A stretch of 64,000 bases of DNA from Lepidodermella squamata (Eukaryota > Animalia > Gastrotricha), in NCBI GenBank assembly GCA_047495785.1, contig JBLDXI010000078.1, positions 1 to 64,000 of the forward strand, given 5' to 3'. The notes below the pieces were generated by a model, which was not told the origin of the DNA, did no database searches, and saw nothing but the letters and a program-made list of their open reading frames with translations. The translations under genes and the position numbers were made by a program. Below are positions 34,312 to 48,000 of this stretch, one piece after another. Positions within the stretch are counted from its first letter, which is position 1. Every line of letters begins with the position of its first letter.

Positions 34312-36789
34312 CTAAACTGTCACAGGCTGCTCAGAGTAGAACAAATATGGATACATAGGCACAATGCCAAACAAGAAAATCGGTGTGATGATAATGAGTG
34401 TGATATAAGAAAACAAAACAAATCGGTCCATAACATCAGCGATGAATTCCCATCGTTGAATTCGATAGATTTCCAAAGTAAGCTGCCGGTCATGATCCGC
34501 CTTATCGCTGCCGAACATTTTTTTATCAGGATTCGTCTCAGCCGCGATCTGAATGTCGTGCTGGAAAATCGAGAAGTAACTATCGCGCAGCACTTTCTCA
34601 TATTCATCGTGCTGTTCTTCCTTAGTCGTCGGCAATCGCGGCTGTTTCACGCTGAAAACCGGCGCGACGACGCAGGCGACGTTGTACAGCAACTCGGGGA
34701 CGACCTGTTGGTGCCTCTGGTCGCGGCCCTTCCGGAAGCAGATAAAGACCAAACCTTCGCCTAACATAGCTAGGCATATGTAAAGCATCGATAGATCGAT
34801 GTAGTAGCACAACAACGGGATCTTGTCTGAGGTTCGAGGTATGTCGTCGATTATCATAAGCTGGAAAACGCCGTAGGCCAGGAGGCACGTGAAGGACAGT
34901 TCCAATTTCTCGCTGTCGTGAACCTCAACGGCAAAAGTCGCAACTTCCGCCAGGGAAATTATCACACTAGGCACGATAACATTGATAAGGTAATACCCGA
35001 TCTTTCTCTGAATGACCAGGTCGAACTCAACGCGGGAAAACGTGTTTGTCGGTATGACGTACTGAACTTGCTTCAGCCTTTGATCCGTTCTGACCAGGGA
35101 CCATTGTTCGTTTTCAATCCACCACCTTTTCTGGATTGTATCGCCGAAACGGAAAACCTGAAATTCGACAGTGTACCGCCAGCTTTCCATGATCAAAGTG
35201 CAGTTTTGGGTGTCGTAAGGGAACAGGCGAATGTCGAAGTCGCAGAAGGCTTTGAAGGTCCCACCAGGCCGGTAAGAGACGTATCCGTTGCTGGAAACTC
35301 GCGCCATTTCCTGGTCATGCATCAGCAGAAGTTCGTAGTGTTGTTCTGAGTTTATCATAGCAATTTCAGGAATCCAGATCTCCTTTTGGGGGACGGTTAC
35401 GCTAGGCACGCAGCAGTGGGGGAAGGTTCGGTTCCAAGTGTGAAATTCATCGAACCAATACTAAATTATGGAAACGTGAGATGGTCTCGAGTTTATTTGA
35501 TTAGGAACTTACAAAAAGCAGATATCCAGATATCTTCAGAGCTTTGTCTCGCTCAATCTGTGAATAGGAAATGATTTTTCACTTTTCAATATTCAAGAAG
35601 TGGATGAGCCTTGAGCCTTAGATAAAGTTCTACATTCCCTGTATTCCCTGAGGTATAATAGGGTTCCTGAGATCAGACTGGATTTTACTAACTAAAATAA
35701 CGAATTTTGAATCTTCCAGGATTTTCCCAACATTTGGCCAAATTTGTCGAGGATCTTTTGAGAGGGAAAACTTTTTTCATCCGACCAATGTCTTTTTTTT
35801 ATCCGAACAATGTCTTATTTCATCCGACAACCAAAAATGTGACTAAAACCAGCCGACTTGCTTTCTCATATTTTCAGTACAGTAAAAAAGTGACTACTCG
35901 GATCGCCATGAATCTTTCACCATAATATTCCGCCGGTCAGGGGCCAAAATAGGGTGCATAAAAGGGGTATGCCCCTGCGGAAAAATCGAACTTGGGAAAA
36001 TCGAAAAAAACGATATTTTCATGTCGGATGATTTTAGTCACATTTTTGGTTGTCGGATGAAAACAGACATTGGTCGGATGAGAAAAGTCACACCCTTTTC
36101 GAGGTACTAGACACCTCATCCTGTAGCCTGTAGCCCGAATGTACCAAAATGAGGGGGAGTGAAAAGCCCGGAGAAGAATGTCAGCAATTTTGATTGAACG
36201 CAGAAAGACGGGATGAAAGTAAACTGAAAAGAAATTCAATTTTTGGGATTACAAATGTTCAACAACTTTGACATCAATCGAAAGATTCAAGATTTTCTCA
36301 TAATTTTTCAAATTACTGATTACAGATAGCATTTTAGGAAAATAAAAATCCCGGACAGTATAGGATGGTTTGGTTATTTTGTGGCCATAGGATTCTTTAC
36401 TGAACACTCAATGTCGTACTGCTTTTCAGGTTCAGGCATTCTCTACTCAACGGTTACTAGCCTGTAAGTTTCCGGCTTACCACGTCGTTGATAGTCGACA
36501 GCACGAGGCGGACTTCAACGCTCATTGGCCTGCTGCTGCGCTTCAGAGGCCTCACCCACGTCTTATGCTTGCCGAATATGTCCTCCGCAACGACATTCTC
36601 GCTGACCGTGATATTTCGACAAATCGGCGAATTTGGCGGAACGGCTTGCTTCAACCTCTGCGGAATTATGACTTCATCGCCATTTTCGTCTATCGTAACA
36701 TTGTACCGGAAACTTTGCGCTGAAGTCGCTCGGATCATGTCGATAAAAAATAAAAGAATAATCGCGAAATTTTTCCAGGTCAAAGTCAT
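34312..36789 (-). CDS. Cys-loop ligand-gated ion channel subunit B (tandem paralogue of A)
   Basis: Same three-exon structure; Cys-loop CDFDIRLFPYDTQNC; M2 identical to A. Confidence 0.93.
35770..36088. mobile_element. Fold-back repeat in intron 1 of channel B
   Basis: IRs built from CATCCGAC units (CATCCGACAACCAAAAATGTGACTAAAA and its complement); a related fragment sits at ~30260-30310. Ends approximate. Confidence 0.7.
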
Positions 36790-38229
36790 TTTTTTCGTCT
36801 CGGCTCGCGGCGATCTCAGATCAACAAATGTAAATTGAGCTGGCTCAGTGGCTTGCGGTTGTTGTGATAAGTGCGTCACAGAATATATGAAAAGGCTTGA
36901 ATATTTGATGATTGCGAGCCGTTGAAGAATCGATTCGATATCAAGTGCGATCGCTTGTATTCATGTAACCAGACATGAATTAACAAATCTAAGGACATTC
37001 AAGTACGATCTCTGTGATTTTCTAGATAATTCTTGAGAACAAGCTAAGAATTGCTATAAAAAGAACAAATCATAACGTGTGAAATTCACTGTTTATTTGA
37101 ATCTTGCACATTGTCCGAATCCTTGTTTGACTATGTCAACAGGATAGGTCTCGCCGTAGTCTGTTCTAAGAGTAGTTTTTGGCAGCGATTCCTAATTGCT
37201 AATGCCTAGGAATCGATTACAGAAAACATCGATTTTTTTTTATGTTAGACGTCTTAGTAGCGAACTCTGAAGATGTCTGCTACCAAAAGCCAAAGAAGCC
37301 CAATGGTTTGAGGCACTTAAACAGCTGAGATCGCCAATCTCTCCTTTAGTATCCAATAATTTTATTAGGAAAAAAATGAAAAATATTTTGTTTCAAATGT
37401 TTTATCGCAATGTTTATTTTCGAGAATTTTCCAGATTGATTTTCCAGGAAATTATTGGGCAATAAAAAATCGGAAAATTACCATTGCAGTCCCGATCTTT
37501 GGTAAATTTTGAAATTTTTTCCAGCTCTTATATATGAAAAGGCAGTTGGAAAAATTAAATGTGAAGAATTGTTTAAAAAAAAATTCGAATAAAATATCAT
37601 ATTAAATTTCAAATTAAAACTAAAATAAAATTATTAAAATAAGTTTTATTAAAAAAATAATTTTTATTAAATTTTCGGGGCTTGCATACCGCCTAATTAT
37701 GACCAAAATTGGAAGCTCGATTCCTACAGCTTGGTTGATTAGCTAGTTCCTAGTTCCGAAAAATTTGCGAATCTTAAAAATTGGGATATTTCAATATAAT
37801 GCTTAAATTTGCTCAATTTTCGTTTGCTCAATTGACATAGAACCATTCGGATTCGGATATACCCAAAGTTGTGGGTGGTAAAAAATTGCAAACTGAAAAA
37901 ACCAAAATGCGGTGGGTGTATTTATTGGATAGCTATAACAGTTTCATAATTGTCTCGAGTGCCTCGCGCCCACCAACGCTCGTACATATCCTCGATTTAC
38001 GAGCTAAAAATAAATGCTGAACAACTCCCCCTCCATTTCTAAAAATTCCGCCCAATAATTGAAGATGAGAAATGTGTGGGGAAAAAATTAATTCAATTAT
38101 ATCGCCAACGTATCAATCATTTACGGAAATTTCGCGCTTAGAAACTAAAATCAAAGTCCCTAGCAACCGATGTTGAAAAATCGACAACAATATTTTGCAT
38201 CATTTATTCACAAAAAAAATTGTATCGAT

Positions 38230-39997
38230 TTAAAGTCCGGAGTTATAACCCATCGGAATTCCGAAGCCGAAATCGTTCGGGCCAATTTTGTTGTAGTAAT
38301 GAAACGAGCACTGAGTTGACCCAGATTGGAACGAAACCCGCCTGCCATAGCCATAACTATCGACCTTATTCTTGTTATTATGCTGAAACCGCAGCGTTGG
38401 AACAAGCGAGTACAACGACGCCATCTCGCCAAAGCCGCTTCGAGGTATAATTAACCTGTCCATGCGGGTCAGCGCGTACCAATCTAAAAAGGTCTTCGCG
38501 CCGAACAGCCATAATTCACTTTTATTAAGGCGGCTGTCAGGTCGTGACCTAGACGAGTGAACGGTCACTAAATTGGCGCAATAATCCGCGCTGTTCGCCA
38601 CCTTAATAAAATAATTAGAAGCGGCATGACCTAATTTTTGCTCGAGGCCCTGCGTGAATAGTGACCTAGTTTCATTTTCTGACCTGTCCATAGTCAGGAA
38701 AATTACTACATTTTTCGGGCCGCTTTTAGTGATAAAATCAGCTGCGATTTCGCCGAAGCACGTGACCTGATTGCCGGACACCCGAGTCGCATTTACGTCA
38801 CCTCGCCGAATTTGAACGCCGATTTTTAGGGATTCGGACCAGAATTGTTCGCCGCCTAATGGGTCGACCAGGCATTTTTTGAATAAATTCGCGAGTTCAT
38901 CGCCAGGCCGGGGCAGGAGAGTTCGAAAGGCTGCTGATGCCAGAATTGATCCGTCGATTTTTTCTTGAATAAAATGCTGGAAAACAGGGCGGAAACTCGG
39001 GTTTTTCAGTAAACCAGCAATTCCTGTCATTGAATTTGCTCGAATTTTGACGAAATTTCGATTTGATAAGTTTGAAGGTAATTTCGGGTTCGCTGCCCAT
39101 TTTTCCAACACTTTCTCGCCTGGCTGATTTCGGAAAATTACCGCAGTACCATTATCAGTTTTTCGGGATTTTTCAACAATTTCTTTATATCTTTCGGGAG
39201 CGATTTTGTAGGCCTCGAAATTGATGCCATGCGGGAAGTAATCGGTCAATTTGTTGCGATAGTTCCATTGAACGTGGAAAGGTCGATGAAGGCCGATTGC
39301 CAGGTAGAAAATGCTGGCCATTCCTCGTAAACGATCAGCAAATCCAACTTCTTTCATACTTTCCGAAGCGATAAACTAAAAAAGAATTCGGAAATAATAT
39401 TAGCGACTTCGTCAAAGTTTTTAAATTTCAATCAAAATTCAGAAAACTGGGCAAAGTTGGACAAATTTGAAGCAAAGATAAACAATTAGCTCAGCGGAAT
39501 TTTTAAGAAAAATTAGCGAATTATTTGTGAGACATGGGCAATTATTCAAAAAATTTAAAATCGCTGAAATTATTTGAAATTATTCAAATTTTTTTATTTC
39601 AAAGATTTCGACGAACTAGAAAATAAAAGAGTTCGTTCGTTCTCACCTGAACGATTTCTTCATTCGAATTCATTAGCTTGTAAGAAATTGGATCCAACCA
39701 GAATTTCCGGATGTCCTCCACGAATCGCTCAGTTTGCTGGTTCCGAATTGCCAGATCAGCTTCAATTTCCTCATCGGAAATCAGTACACCAGAACCGAGA
39801 CTGCTTTCATTTTTCAACAAAATTGCATCAATCATTCGATCCCATTCAACCTCCTTCTTCTCATCAGGAACTCCGACATGATTTTCTGGGGCGATTTCGA
39901 TAGTTTGGCTTGGAAAATCTTGAATAAACAATAAAATAGCGAACAGGCAAGCAATAATCGCAAGAGCGACTGTATTTTTCAAATTTACTCTAGCCAT
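38230..39997 (-). CDS. Type II membrane GT-B fucosyltransferase-like protein (alpha-1,2/1,6, NodZ/FUT8/GT37 superfamily)
   Basis: N-terminal TM anchor; exons 39997-39647 and 39375-38230; GFADRLRG, motif I IGVQIRRGD, motif II IFLTMD, motif III DWYALTRMD..SGFG. Confidence 0.8.
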
Positions 39998-40565
39998 TCA
40001 TGAAGCAGAATAAAATCATGATAATGAATTCGAAAAAAATTCCCATCGATTGGAGCACGTGAAAAAAATCGATATTCAGGAGTAGAATTTTTTTACATTT
40101 TTTCTACGATTATTTGATTAAATATTTCGAAATTATGATGAATAAATAATTAAAATATTTATTTTCAGAAATTGTTTTATGAAAATTGTGAAAATTAAGT
40201 TTTCAGTTGAATAAATGAATTATATAGCCCCTCGATTATCGAATTCTTTACAAAATCGATTTTAGCACCAGCCAGTAACAGATCAAAAATTGTCTGAGAT
40301 GACTCATTGTATTTTACTCAGGTGGATGTGTTAAAAAATCTTTGGCATTTCTTCAAGGTAAATAAATCGCAATTCGCAATAAGCATTAACACGATGATTA
40401 ATTATTGCTGCTGCAATCTGAGAATAGACGATCAGTTTTCCCGATCGATGCGTGCTCTATAGATACGTGCGAGTAATCTAAACAATTTGGACAATTTGCG
40501 GCATGAATAAATAACAGCGCAGGGTGTTGAATAAATAGCAACCGGCCAGCTATCACCCTGGAACC

Positions 40566-40573
40566 TATATAAA
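40566..40573 (+). promoter_or_regulatory. Candidate TATA box
   Basis: CCTATATAAA about 100 bp upstream of the ATG at 40673. Confidence 0.4.
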
Positions 40574-40672
40574 CCAGCCAAGCGTGGCACTTGAATCCGT
40601 TAATCACAGCATTTTCTCGAATTACTCGCAATTTTTTGGTATTATATTAAGAACGGAAATAACTGGGTCACG

Positions 40673-42616
40673 ATGCCGAATTTAAACGCGACGGCTTCAA
40701 TGAAGAATTTCACGCCTCGAAATGCGGCCATGGCGCCTATTCCGACTAAAACTTCGTTTGGAACTTCGAGTGGCAAAGCTACCCCACGCGAGCCAGGCAA
40801 AAATCCGAACGATTACATCGAAGAAGGTAGGAAAAATTATGGAAAAAATTCACGCATCTTTTAATGATTGAAATTTGATAATCTTTGAAAAATTTTATGA
40901 TCCCAGGAAGCTATCGAATTGAAAAAGGAAATTTCTCATGCTAAGCTTTTGCCAGAATTCTCAAAACTTCAGGAATCAGAGCTTTCAAAAATGTATTGCT
41001 AAATTTTGAAAAACAATTGAAAACTTTGGCAATGCAATAAGGTCCAAAGAGGCTTGATCGAAGCTTATAAAAAAGTAAAGAAAAAGCATGATTGATCGGA
41101 ACAATCGTAGATTCAAGCTAAGAAGATTTATTTCGATTATTCATCATTTTCATTCCCGAGAATTTGATTAGATTCCAAAGTTTCAATTTTCCAAGCGATT
41201 GAATTAGGTAAATTAGTTGAAAAATTTTTTAGAATCGGAATTTAAAAATTGAAAATTTCTTAATTGTTTCTCAATTTTTAGCATTTTCACCAAAATTTAA
41301 ATAATTTCGAAATTTCTCGTATTTTCAATTTTCAGATTTTTTGAATGGCAATTCGAACTTGAAATTGGGTTAAAAATTACGTGGATTATTTAATTGAATT
41401 ATTCTCCATTCAAACTTTGTCAATAATTTATGAATTTTCAACTCAGAAAAATGGTTATTCGAAATAATTTTTCTGTCATTTTTCCACATTTTTCCACAGC
41501 CAAACAAGTCGTAGCTCTGCTGTACAGCGCTTCTCGAGGCGACGTAGCTGCTATGCGTGAATTTCGCAAGAAAGGCTACGACATGGCTAAGGCGGACTAC
41601 GACGGGCGCAGTTCGCTGCACCTGGCCGCAGCCGAGGGCCACCTGAATGTCATTCAGTACCTGGTTGAAGAGTGCGGCCTCAATGCGTTCCCACGTGATC
41701 GGTGGAACTTCACGCCGTTGGACGATGCGACGAAGTTCGACCGGGCTGATGTGATCACTTACTTGAAGGACAAGGCTAGCAACTACGGCACGGCTCAGGT
41801 CACGGAAGGTGAGTAATACAAAATTTCAACTATAGCATATTAGAAATAGGATTGTCGAATAAATTATTAGACATTTTTTTCTTGATTTTCAGGAATTAAA
41901 AAAATCAATTTTCGAAAATTTTCAGATATTTTTTACAACTTCACAAATATACATTTCAAGTATAAGTTTAAGTATAAGTTTAATTTAAATTTTTTAAATG
42001 TTTGATTCCAAGTAAAAAAGGACATTGAAAGTATTCTGAAAAAATTTCACAAAAATCTCTAATTTTTCCAAAAAGTTGTATTCCGCCAAATCTAGATAAT
42101 TCTATATCGAAATTCTAGAATAGAACATAAATGCATGCATTAATTCCCTAAATTTTCGAATTTTTTCTCGAATTTTCGATTTTTTTAATTTCAAATTTCA
42201 GTGATTTTTGAAAAATTTCAGTTTCCCGTCTTTTCCCGACTTCCTGTAAAAAAAATGTTTCTTTATTCTCAGCAATGTTAGTTCAGGTTGATTTTGAAAT
42301 GGCCTCTTTTTCAGAAATGCAAGTGGTTGCATTGCTGTTCGCAGCCTCACGCGGCGACACAGCCGCAGTTCGCCACTTCAAGACCATCGGCTACGACCTG
42401 AACAAGGCCGACTACGACGGGCGGACCGCCCTTCACCTGGCAGCAGCCGAGGGCCATCTCGAGACCGTGCGCTACCTGTTCGAGGACGGCCGCGTTAACC
42501 TGGCAGCCCGAGACCGTTGGAACTTCACCGCCTTCGACGATGCGATGAAGTTCAACCGCAAGGACGTAGCGGCTTACTTGCAGTCGAAATCAATCGAAGG
42601 CTACAAGCGAATTTAA
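40673..42616 (+). CDS. 254-aa protein with two tandem glutaminase-type C-terminal ankyrin domains and no catalytic domain
   Basis: Exons 40673-40826, 41500-41808, 42315-42616 joined by phase-1 GT-AG introns; LLxxASRGD..DYDGR(S/T)xLHLAAAEGH..RDRWNFT matches the GLS/GLS2 ankyrin signature. Confidence 0.85.
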
Positions 42617-42730
42617 CGCTATTCAAATCGGAAATTCATCGAAAATAATGGTTATGAGCTAATTCTCAACCCCGATGTTTCGTAGACTCAATAAAAACAA
42701 GTTTATCAACTTTTATGGGCAAACAATCGT

Positions 42731-42919
42731 CAGTGACCCGGGAGCTTGGGTGTTTATTACTTTCTTCCCAGGACCCAGCCGAAGAAGCCACAGGGTACCC
42801 CTGTGATTTTTTTCAGCCTCTATCTGGTTAGAGGTTAGAGTCCTTAGAGTTAGAGTTAGAGTTCGAGTTAGGGGCTGGGGTGTCGCGACACCCCATCACC
42901 CCTATGCTTCGCACCCCGC
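42731..42919 (+). mobile_element. hAT-like MITE copy with an internal (TTAGAG)n tract
   Basis: CAGTG start, GGGGTGTCGCGACACCCC palindrome, CTTCGCACCC end. Confidence 0.65.
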
Positions 42920-43059
42920 TCATTGTACCAAACCATTCCCAAACCCAAAATATTTTTGCAAAACAAAAGGAACAAAAGGAACATGAGGGGGTAGCGGGGT
43001 ACGGGGGTACATCGAAAGGGTCCTAAAAAACACGGAAAACCACAGAGAGGACCGATTGG

Positions 43060-43219
43060 CAGTGTGCGAAGTAGGATCCGGGTGTTTTTTAGCACCCAGA
43101 TGAAGAAAGGATGAAGAAACCAAAGGGCCCCCTCCGTATGGTTTTTTCAGCCTAACTCTGGTTGAAGTCCCGGAGCTGGGGTGTCGCGACATCCCATCAC
43201 CCCTGTATCTCGCACCCTG
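43060..43219 (+). mobile_element. hAT-like MITE (160 bp) with 8-bp TSD
   Basis: CCGATTGG|CAGTGTGCGAAG ... CTCGCACCCTG|CCGATTGG. Confidence 0.9.
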
Positions 43220-43769
43220 CCGATTGGTTAGATGAATCAGATGCCGAAGATACCCAAAAGTAGCCCCTCCCTCGAGGATCCTACCTCATCGACCGGTTGA
43301 TTACAGCTGATAATTATCACCATATTCACACGATAATTGTGAGAAGGAACGTGGCCAGGGGGAGAAAATGAACAAGCAAAAAACACTTGCCCCAATATTT
43401 TCGGGTTTCATGCATAAACACGATACGCCAAAAAGTTGTAGGCACACTAAAGCGGCTGATTCAACAAGCTCAGTGTAATGCCTCTGCGCATTTTGAATTT
43501 CTTAACAAAGGCTTCGTGCTATCATGCAGCGAGGGATCTCTTCGGGTGACCATTTTCATTAGCGCTACGATGGCAATTGTTTTCATGATTCATTTCGCCT
43601 GGCAGCTGAATGCATCGAAAAGTTGGCAGGGTGAATATTTCATCCCGCGATGCAAAAAACATGGGACAAGTGCTCCTCGAGTTTCTCGCTCTCACTCACT
43701 TCATTCATCGCCATTTCATCTTTCAACTCAACTAACATTTTCAATTTCTTGATCAACTTTTGAATTACC

Positions 43770-44180
43770 ATGGCAAATCAGCTTTTCATAATAGTTTGCG
43801 CTCTGTTGGTAAGATATTTTCAAGTACTTCCATCGTGATGATCCTATTCAAGTGCTATGTGTATCACAGGTTGCTGCTGTTCTGATTGCTGTTGTGGAAT
43901 CTGTGGAATCACCCACGCTGTCGCTGGAAGAGCGTCTAGCAAAGGCAGGCACGAGGTGCCAGGAGGATGGCAAGAAGGGCCACTGGACGATGGTCAGTTC
44001 GTTTCAATTGATGTGCATTTCCGGATAGTGAACTCATCAAATGGAAACGCGAATTCAGTAACGTTAAACTGAATATAGAAGATGAGAGATCGGTTGAAGA
44101 GCAGCATGTCACAGCCTTATCATACCAGAAGCTTCCATATTCATGTATCAGCCTTTAAGAATTTCATCCCATTATATTGA
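43770..44180 (+). CDS. Possible small secreted peptide
   Basis: MANQLFIIVCALL|VAAVLIAVVES across a GT-AG intron (43809-43868) reads as a signal peptide; the 3' exon is uncertain. Confidence 0.35.
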
Positions 44181-45044
44181 CGAGTAAAAGGTTGTGGAAA
44201 AAGTATTCCATGTATTTGTCGAAAATCTGAATTTGTGCCTTATCCGTGATCACCGCTAGGGATTAGGGATGATGACCAAAGGGAGGACCCATTTGCCGAT
44301 TTGTCAAGTCCCTACCCATTCTGCGGTTCTACTTCGATCTCTGCGAGTTCATTTCTAATCGAGCAAGTAGATTTCTCCCAGCATTTTGTTTAATTACCCG
44401 TAACATATTCAGGGAATTTACAGATGACTACATTTGCGCAAAAATTTAAGAATAGTAGCATGGCAAATGGCACACATAACCTTCAAGCGTTTGAAGGTTC
44501 GTGAACCTAAGCCTGTTACCCGATGCGTCTTTGACATCTTCCATCAACTTGAAGCTTGGCAAGTGAGTCATCAGTCAATACCTTTGACCTGAAAATACTG
44601 CGATTCGACGTGCGATCCTTCTGATTCATGTTTTCGTTTATTCTTTCCGAAATTTCGGGAAAATTCTGGTTTCGGCAGCGCGAGAAAGATTTTCCCATTT
44701 AAACGGCAGGAGTTTTCGGGTGATGAAGTCTTGAACTAGCTCTAATCGTTGCATTTCAAGATAGGCTTCAGAAGTGGACAACCGGAAATTTCATTCAATC
44801 CGTACTTACAGGCCTTTACTTGCAGTCAGAATCAATCAAAGGTTACAAGCGAGTTTACCTAGCATTTATTTCCAAACGAAGAAACGATTCGGACGATGTT
44901 TATCTATTTTCGTGTAGATGAAATAAGTTTAACCCGAAAATTCAGTAAAGCGAATTTACATCATAACGAACCTATAAAAAGGTTCACAAGAGAGTGATTC
45001 GGCAGCTTGAAGTATAAGTCATCAGATTTGTTGTCACGTCAGGT

Positions 45045-48000
45045 TCAGGGTTGAATGTATCCTTTAATCCAATCCAAGACTCGGCAAACCCTGGAATATA
45101 TTCCAGGCGAATTGGCCACGCCGCAAGAGTTGCCATAGGAAACAATTCCAATCTGGCGATAAGGCCCATTTCCGTCTCGCCTGCACATCAAAGGCCCGCC
45201 AGAATCGCCAAGGCACGTATCGACGCCCTTAACCTCCGCTCCGGCACACATTTGGGCATCTGTTATCCTGTCGTAGCCTCCTAAAACTTCGCAGGACGCC
45301 GCCGAGGAAATGGTCAAATTGACTTTTTTCAGAGTATTAGACATACGCTCGCCCCGTTCCGTCATACCCCAACCAGCGGCTGAAACTTGAACACAACTGT
45401 CGACGCGTTGGTTATCCCTCGAGTACGTTCCGTCGCACATTGACGAGTCGGGCAGGCATATCAAGCGAGCGGAACTTGTCAAGACGACCGGTGACTCTAG
45501 CTTAATCAGGGCGACATCGAAGTTGTAGTTGTCCGATTTGCTGTAGTTAGGATGGATGACGAAGCTTCTCGATAGACGGCGAACATATTGGCTTGTTTCA
45601 CTTTCACTAGAAAAATTAGTCCGGCCAATCTCCGCTATTATCCCTACCAAGCCATTCCTGTTAACGGTCAAGCAATGGGCTGCAGTTAGGAGCCATGACG
45701 GAGAGATGAGAGAAGCGCCGCAGTACATGGGCTCGCTTTGTCCGGAATACGTGATTTCGAGTCTAGTCATCCACGGGAGTTCGCCAGGTTCAGCGAAAGC
45801 TCCGCCCATTATTTTTGGCGTCGCCCCGATTCCACAAGCGCTGTAGTCGACTTCAATTCACAATGTAATAAAGCGCGTTCCATAAGTTGCGCAACCATTT
45901 GTCATTTCGAAACGTTTCGAAGGAAATTGATCTAATTTTTCAAATTATCGAGGAAAACCTGAAAATCCCAGATAGTAACTGGTTCGATAATTTTCGGTTT
46001 TTACCTGATTGGATCAAATCTCTTAGAATTTTTTCAATCCAATTTTCATGATTGCTATTCTCATGGCATTTCGAATTGCGGTCAGATATTTCTGGCTATA
46101 GACTAGATTAAAACGTTCCATATCATTTCAGAGTTTCTGTTTCCTTTTCCGTTCATTTCCTTCTCTTGCGTTACTTATGGAACTCGCCCTAGAACATGAA
46201 ATGTCAGGTTCTCACCTTGTGCTCTTCCGCATCTCGGCAGCTCGTTGCTCCATTCACCATCCGCCTGACAAGTTGTTTCTGGGCTAGACTGCCGGGTGAA
46301 GGCATAGCCTGCCAGGCATTCAATCACGATAACGCTACCAGTGGGGAGAGAAGTATCTGCTTGGACAATTCGTCCACTTGCTTTCAGCTTCAATAAAGAA
46401 TTCGGTCTGCTGGGGACTGTGCAAGGCTCGCCGGTTGCCTAGTAGCCGTAAACAAATAGGCGTTTTAAAACAAAGGACAATAGCTGTTAGCAGAAATTTA
46501 TTTCGCAATTCTGCTTCATTCTGCTTCATTCCAATTATATATTAAATATACCCGCAACGTGGTATGGGGAAATTCTTGAAAAAAACGATGAAACAGCGCA
46601 AAACGCTACACTGTTACACCCAAGCGTAAAATATCGCGCAAGCATTAACGTAACTATTTTGTTGTTTGCGTGCTGCCGAAACGCTATCGAAGGACGAACC
46701 TAACCTCTAACCCTATCCTAAAATACATTTACGGGTAGATAGCAGACACCCCGAAACGTCTTGAATATAAAGAAATACCAGAAATATTTGGTCCAACCGA
46801 GCAAAATACGGAAAATTAACGAATAAGGTACAGGAGTTTCCCAAGTAAATTTATAATTTATTCGTTGAAATCGCAGTTTAAGCTCATAGCGAGCGAGGTT
46901 TTGCTGATGATGGAAAATAGAATTCATGAATTTTCTTTATGCCGGACCTGATTTGTTATATTCATGTTGATATCAATTTATGTTGGAACTTACAGGTGCT
47001 TGCTGCCGTAAGACGCAAGACCCAGGCTGAGACCATGTCAAGTTCGAGAGGCACGTTATCACCGCATTGCCATGCAGCTGGAAATTTCTATCGCATGATA
47101 TGTTTCGCGTAGCTCCGACGTTGGAGAGCCCAGAAGATACGGTGCCGTTTCGTATCGTAGGTGGTTGACCGCAAACTTATAGAAAATTAATTCCTCAAGC
47201 GATCAACGCGAAATAAAAAATAAGGTTAGGGATTAGAGATAGGTCGTTTTACGTGGACCATAGTGGAAAGTGGATGAAATTGACCTATGATTTCCGAACT
47301 CAAGAGCTGAGTCAACTGGGATTTTTTGATGATTAAAACTGGTAAAGTCGAATTGCGATTAAAATGAGTCGTAAATATGTTCAGATCGTTAGAGTTTAGT
47401 TCAAAAAAGAAATGCGCGCATTATTAACTTACTCATAGGGCTACTACATCTTCCATTAATCGCCGGGCGAAAAGGAGGTAAGCAGGTGGCGAAATTGATA
47501 GAGGCGGAGTAGTTATAACCTGCGTTGCATTTGACGATAACGGCGTCTCCTTTCTCCACTGCAGTACTTGGGCTTAAAACTTCACCGGTATCAACCAATG
47601 TATCCGGGTCCGCTCGGCTGACGTAGCCTGATCGAACGGCAGGTACGTAACATGACTGCTCAGGAGTATCCCTCGGTCGTGGTACATCAGTGTTCTCAGT
47701 GATCCAATCAAGTACCTTGCATGCTCTGCTGTAGATGCTAGGAACGTCGCCGTTGCACGAATCATCGCCGTTTGAAATTACGCCAAGCAGATAATTCTTC
47801 CGTGAAATCGAACACATGAGCGGACCCCCAGAATCTCCAAAACACAAGTCGCTGTTATCTGTTGCGGATAAACACATCTTCGAGTCAGTGATGGTGACTG
47901 ATTTCGAGAGGCTGCGTGAATACTCCATCGAACAATTTTGATATGACCGAACCTGAAGATCTAGCTTCCTCGGGATCTCAGATAATCTAGCTGAGATACA

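Noticed and set aside
42826-42872. Telomere-like (TTAGAG)n tract
   Set aside because: Short, degenerate and inside a MITE copy; no sign of a chromosome end or fusion.
43857-44072. Metallothionein-like ORF MCITGCCCSDCCCGIC
   Set aside because: Starts inside a probable intron; the Cys run is an alternative frame of a hydrophobic signal-peptide exon.
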